DNA of 62,955 nucleotides, filler included, from Choristocarpus tenellus KU-1152 (taxonomy: Eukaryota > Protista > Phaeophyceae), in the NCBI GenBank assembly GCA_964200185.2. It is 7 parts of 7 records of this genome, joined end to end, with 100 filler letters (N's around TTAATTAATTAA, not from the genome) between each part and the next. Parts side by side here need not be neighbours in the genome. Positions count along the whole stretch, not along the records: positions 58,372 to 62,955 come from CAXNAD020013911.1; 6 more parts are not named here. One strand, written 5' to 3'. Positions 60,245 through 62,955 of this stretch are shown here, in pieces (within the stretch, counting starts at the first letter, position 1; each line of letters starts with the position of its first letter). A program made the position numbers and the translations under genes. The notes under the pieces were generated by a model, which was not told where the DNA came from, ran no database searches, and worked only from the letters and a program-made list of their open reading frames with translations.

Positions 60245-61360
60245 GCAAAAAAATCTCGAAGGTCTGATTGTTTGATTGCCCTTGCCCCGATTGCACTGAG
60301 TCAAACCAGCTTTGCATTCCAGAGATGGTGCGAAACATCGTTCATGCTGTACTCTTCGACGATTGTTTCTAAGCTTACAAACGAGTGAAAGTATCTTAGA
60401 GGGTACGAGTTTTGCCCTGTTTGTCCATTTGGGGCTTGGCTTCCCTCGGGGTTTTTATGACATTTTCCTACTTTAAAATGTTTCGGAGTAGGTAAAATTT
60501 ATACGTTCTGAAAAGGTATGTCCAGAGCAATGTTAATGACACTTCCTAACAAACACGATAGCCAAAATTTCTTCGAAATCACAACATAGGATTTTGACCC
60601 CCAATGGACGCGGCTCTACCCTCTAAGATACTTTGGCTCAAACTCGTCAGCTACTTAAGAGTACAACGGTGGAGGAATCAAGAACACCGAAGAGGTTGCT
60701 CCTTTCCTCACAACCCCCGATGCGCCGCCCCCTCCCATAAACCGATCGTCATCTTCGTCATCCGAGCTTTCATTGACTGATTGGCACAATAATTTCTCCA
60801 GCAGATGGTCTTTCATGTCCTCTAGTATCGCATTGGCCACTTCATCATTGTTTTTCACACTGATCCACTCTCTTGCTGCGTTGATGGAAGCCCGAGATGG
60901 CTTCCGCTGGGTTTGAGGTGCAGATCGTCAAGAGCATTAGAGAGATCCTCATTAATATATGCGGACACCTTCTATGAACAAAATTATCACTCATGATACT
61001 ACAGTAAATGGTATAGACATTACAGTACAACAGAAATTCTCCCAAAATTGATAAAAATTATATTATGATCCTCATCAGCATACAGTGCAGAAAGACAATT
61101 CAATCACGATCCCAATCACCCTAATTCCAGACTTTCAATCCACGCACTGACGTAACTCAGCATGTTTGTCACCCCTCCTAGACATGGCATCAGGCTTCAG
61201 TGTCTGCGCTTTCTCCATGATGGTTGTTGCCTTCTTCAAATTGTAGAGGGTGCTGTGACCGATTCCAAACTTTTGAGCAACCGCAGTTCCCGTCATGGTC
61301 TTCAGGAGTCTCAACGCTTCCACCTTCTCTGCAAAGCTCAAATGTTTACAATTGTTGGTA
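60245..61360 (-). pseudogene. Internally deleted pogo/Tigger (CENP-B-like) transposase
   Basis: N-terminal HTH-psq KHLSFAEKVEALRLLK..TAVAQKFGIGHSTLYNLKK; acidic C-terminal region ESSDDEDDD; terminal KQSDLRDFF motif typical of Tigger/pogo. DDE core not seen. Interrupted by MITE copy 4. Confidence 0.75.
60383..60639. mobile_element. Sola-like MITE (family A), copy 4
   Basis: AAAC|GAGTGAAAGTATCTTAGAGGGTA...TACCCTCTAAGATACTTTGGCTC|AAAC; 4-bp TSD. Confidence 0.9.
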
Positions 61361-62955
61361 CCGCAAGGCTTGTGTGGAGAGACTTTCTACGTGGATATAT
61401 TTAGCAGCACCTTCCCCTTGCCTTTGTTCTTGTTATCGTGGCACTTTGACGCTGTGTTGTTACCAGCTGGAGGACTCAAAGCCTTGCGCTTAGTGGGACC
61501 CACATACAGTTTCCACACGCGTTTCATTTCGCTGGAGCCAAAATGGATACACGATCCCGCAAATGTCATGAAGATAGCCGCTACAAACGCGACACTTATG
61601 GCACGTATAGGAAGGCGGACCAGAAGTATTACCCTTTTTTTGGCAGCTGGATCCTGCAGCGCAGGGCATTGCTATATCTGTAGAGTGTAGTCATCTAAAC
61701 TTGACGTAATATACTCTATGTACTGTATTGTACAGTACTGAGAGACAAGATGCTGCTATGCTTTGTAGTGGTAGTCTCGAGCAGGTTTGTGCCATACTTT
61801 ATTATATTTTGCTTAACTTCAGACATGACTTTTTGTGAAATCCTTCCATCGAGTAGTACAAAAAAGGGAAAGTTTGTCGTATAACCTAGTGTTATCCTTA
61901 CGTTGCCTGTGCTGATACAAGTATATAACATAGATTTCATGTACGTTTATCTTCGGTTCGTTACAATTCGAAGTAGTGACGTGCACAGCGGTCTGGTGGG
62001 CCAAAGGGCCAATACGAGTGGTACGTTATGGTGGACCAAAGGACCAATACGAGTGGTATGGTTGGACAGTAAGGTGGTACAGAATTATCTAATTGAAGGA
62101 GGAGGGGATGGCATTGTGGAGGTGATGGAGGAAAGCGACGATGGTACACAAGACAGGCAGTGGCAAGGAACAAATGTAAGTGGAGGGTTTAACCCAGCTC
62201 CAAGAATAGACGCACAGCTTTCGATTTCGCAGAACGGAGAAGGATGGACAGATAACGGAATGGGCCCACATGGGGACGAGGTGGAGATGATTGAGGATGG
62301 GAATGGCGGCCTACGAGATAGGCACGGGCGAGGGGGGAACACAAGCAGAGCACACCACTCCTCTTCGGGAATAGGTAGACACGTTTCGTCTCTGCAGGAT
62401 GGCGAAGTCCGGACAGAAAACCGAACGAACACACAGGGGAAATGGGTCCAGAGAGGTGGTAGAGGAACACGACGATAGTAGCAGGGAGAGGGACCCGCCC
62501 GTACACGACTACGAGGAGGAGGAGGAGGAGAGGCGGTGATAAGAGATATTACGGGGCTTCGAAGCCAGCCTCCTCCACCAGGGACCCCAACCCACAACCA
62601 TCCCAACAACCACGTCAGCTTACACCGGAACACTTTGCGATCTGTTTTTCCGAGATACAACAGCCAGTACTCCCTTTCTCCTACACTCACTCACTGGATC
62701 TGGGCTGTGTCTCGGCTCTATACCTCCGCGCAAGAGACCTACATCCCTTCCCGTACCCCACCTGTCATACCCCTGCCAGCCCAGAACACTACTACGTTGC
62801 CATGGAGGTTAGTGTGGGAACCGAAACCGTGTGCTGGAATCCATCGGTGCACAATCGTCCTCCACCCCTTTTGCCATCCCACCATTCCGCCTACTCTCCA
62901 TCCCACACCCCCCCCCCCCCCCCCCCCCCCCCCCCTTCCCCCCCCCCCCCCCCCC

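Noticed and set aside
422-62690. Most short ORFs in the six-frame track
   Set aside because: Antisense shadows of real exons, intron read-through or microsatellite translations.

Overview
Eukaryotic, intron-rich nuclear DNA, not prokaryotic. It is most consistent with a photosynthetic stramenopile (brown-algal-like); this is an inference from TTAGGG repeats, an ASAFAP-like plastid presequence and gene style. The window is not one locus: seven contigs of about 5-12 kb are joined by artificial 100-bp N44-TTAATTAATTAA-N44 spacers, and PHF5A, the SEL1 gene and SAT are cut off at these joins. Spliced models reconstructed by hand: proteasome beta1 (complete), PHF5A (5' part), a secretory LamG+SEL1-repeat protein (SEL1L3-like, 14 exons, truncated), TIM21 (complete, with a GC-AG intron), an orphan coiled-coil protein, the 3' part of an IQ-motif protein, a probably plastid-targeted serine acetyltransferase (5' part) and V-ATPase subunit c (complete). 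Six of these form three tight head-to-head pairs. Mobile DNA: a scrambled Ty1/copia nest with a solo LTR inserted in pol, a complete plant-type mariner with Stowaway-like TIRs, a deleted pogo/Tigger, and a probable piggyBac remnant. The most notable unexplained structure is a pair of related MITE families with a shared AAAGTATC terminal core and GTCCATTTGGG subterminal motif; family A has Sola-like GRG termini and 4-bp TSDs, and family B carries poly-G tracts and sits at half of the contig ends. I found no CRISPR, rRNA or tRNA, and no clearly novel gene system.
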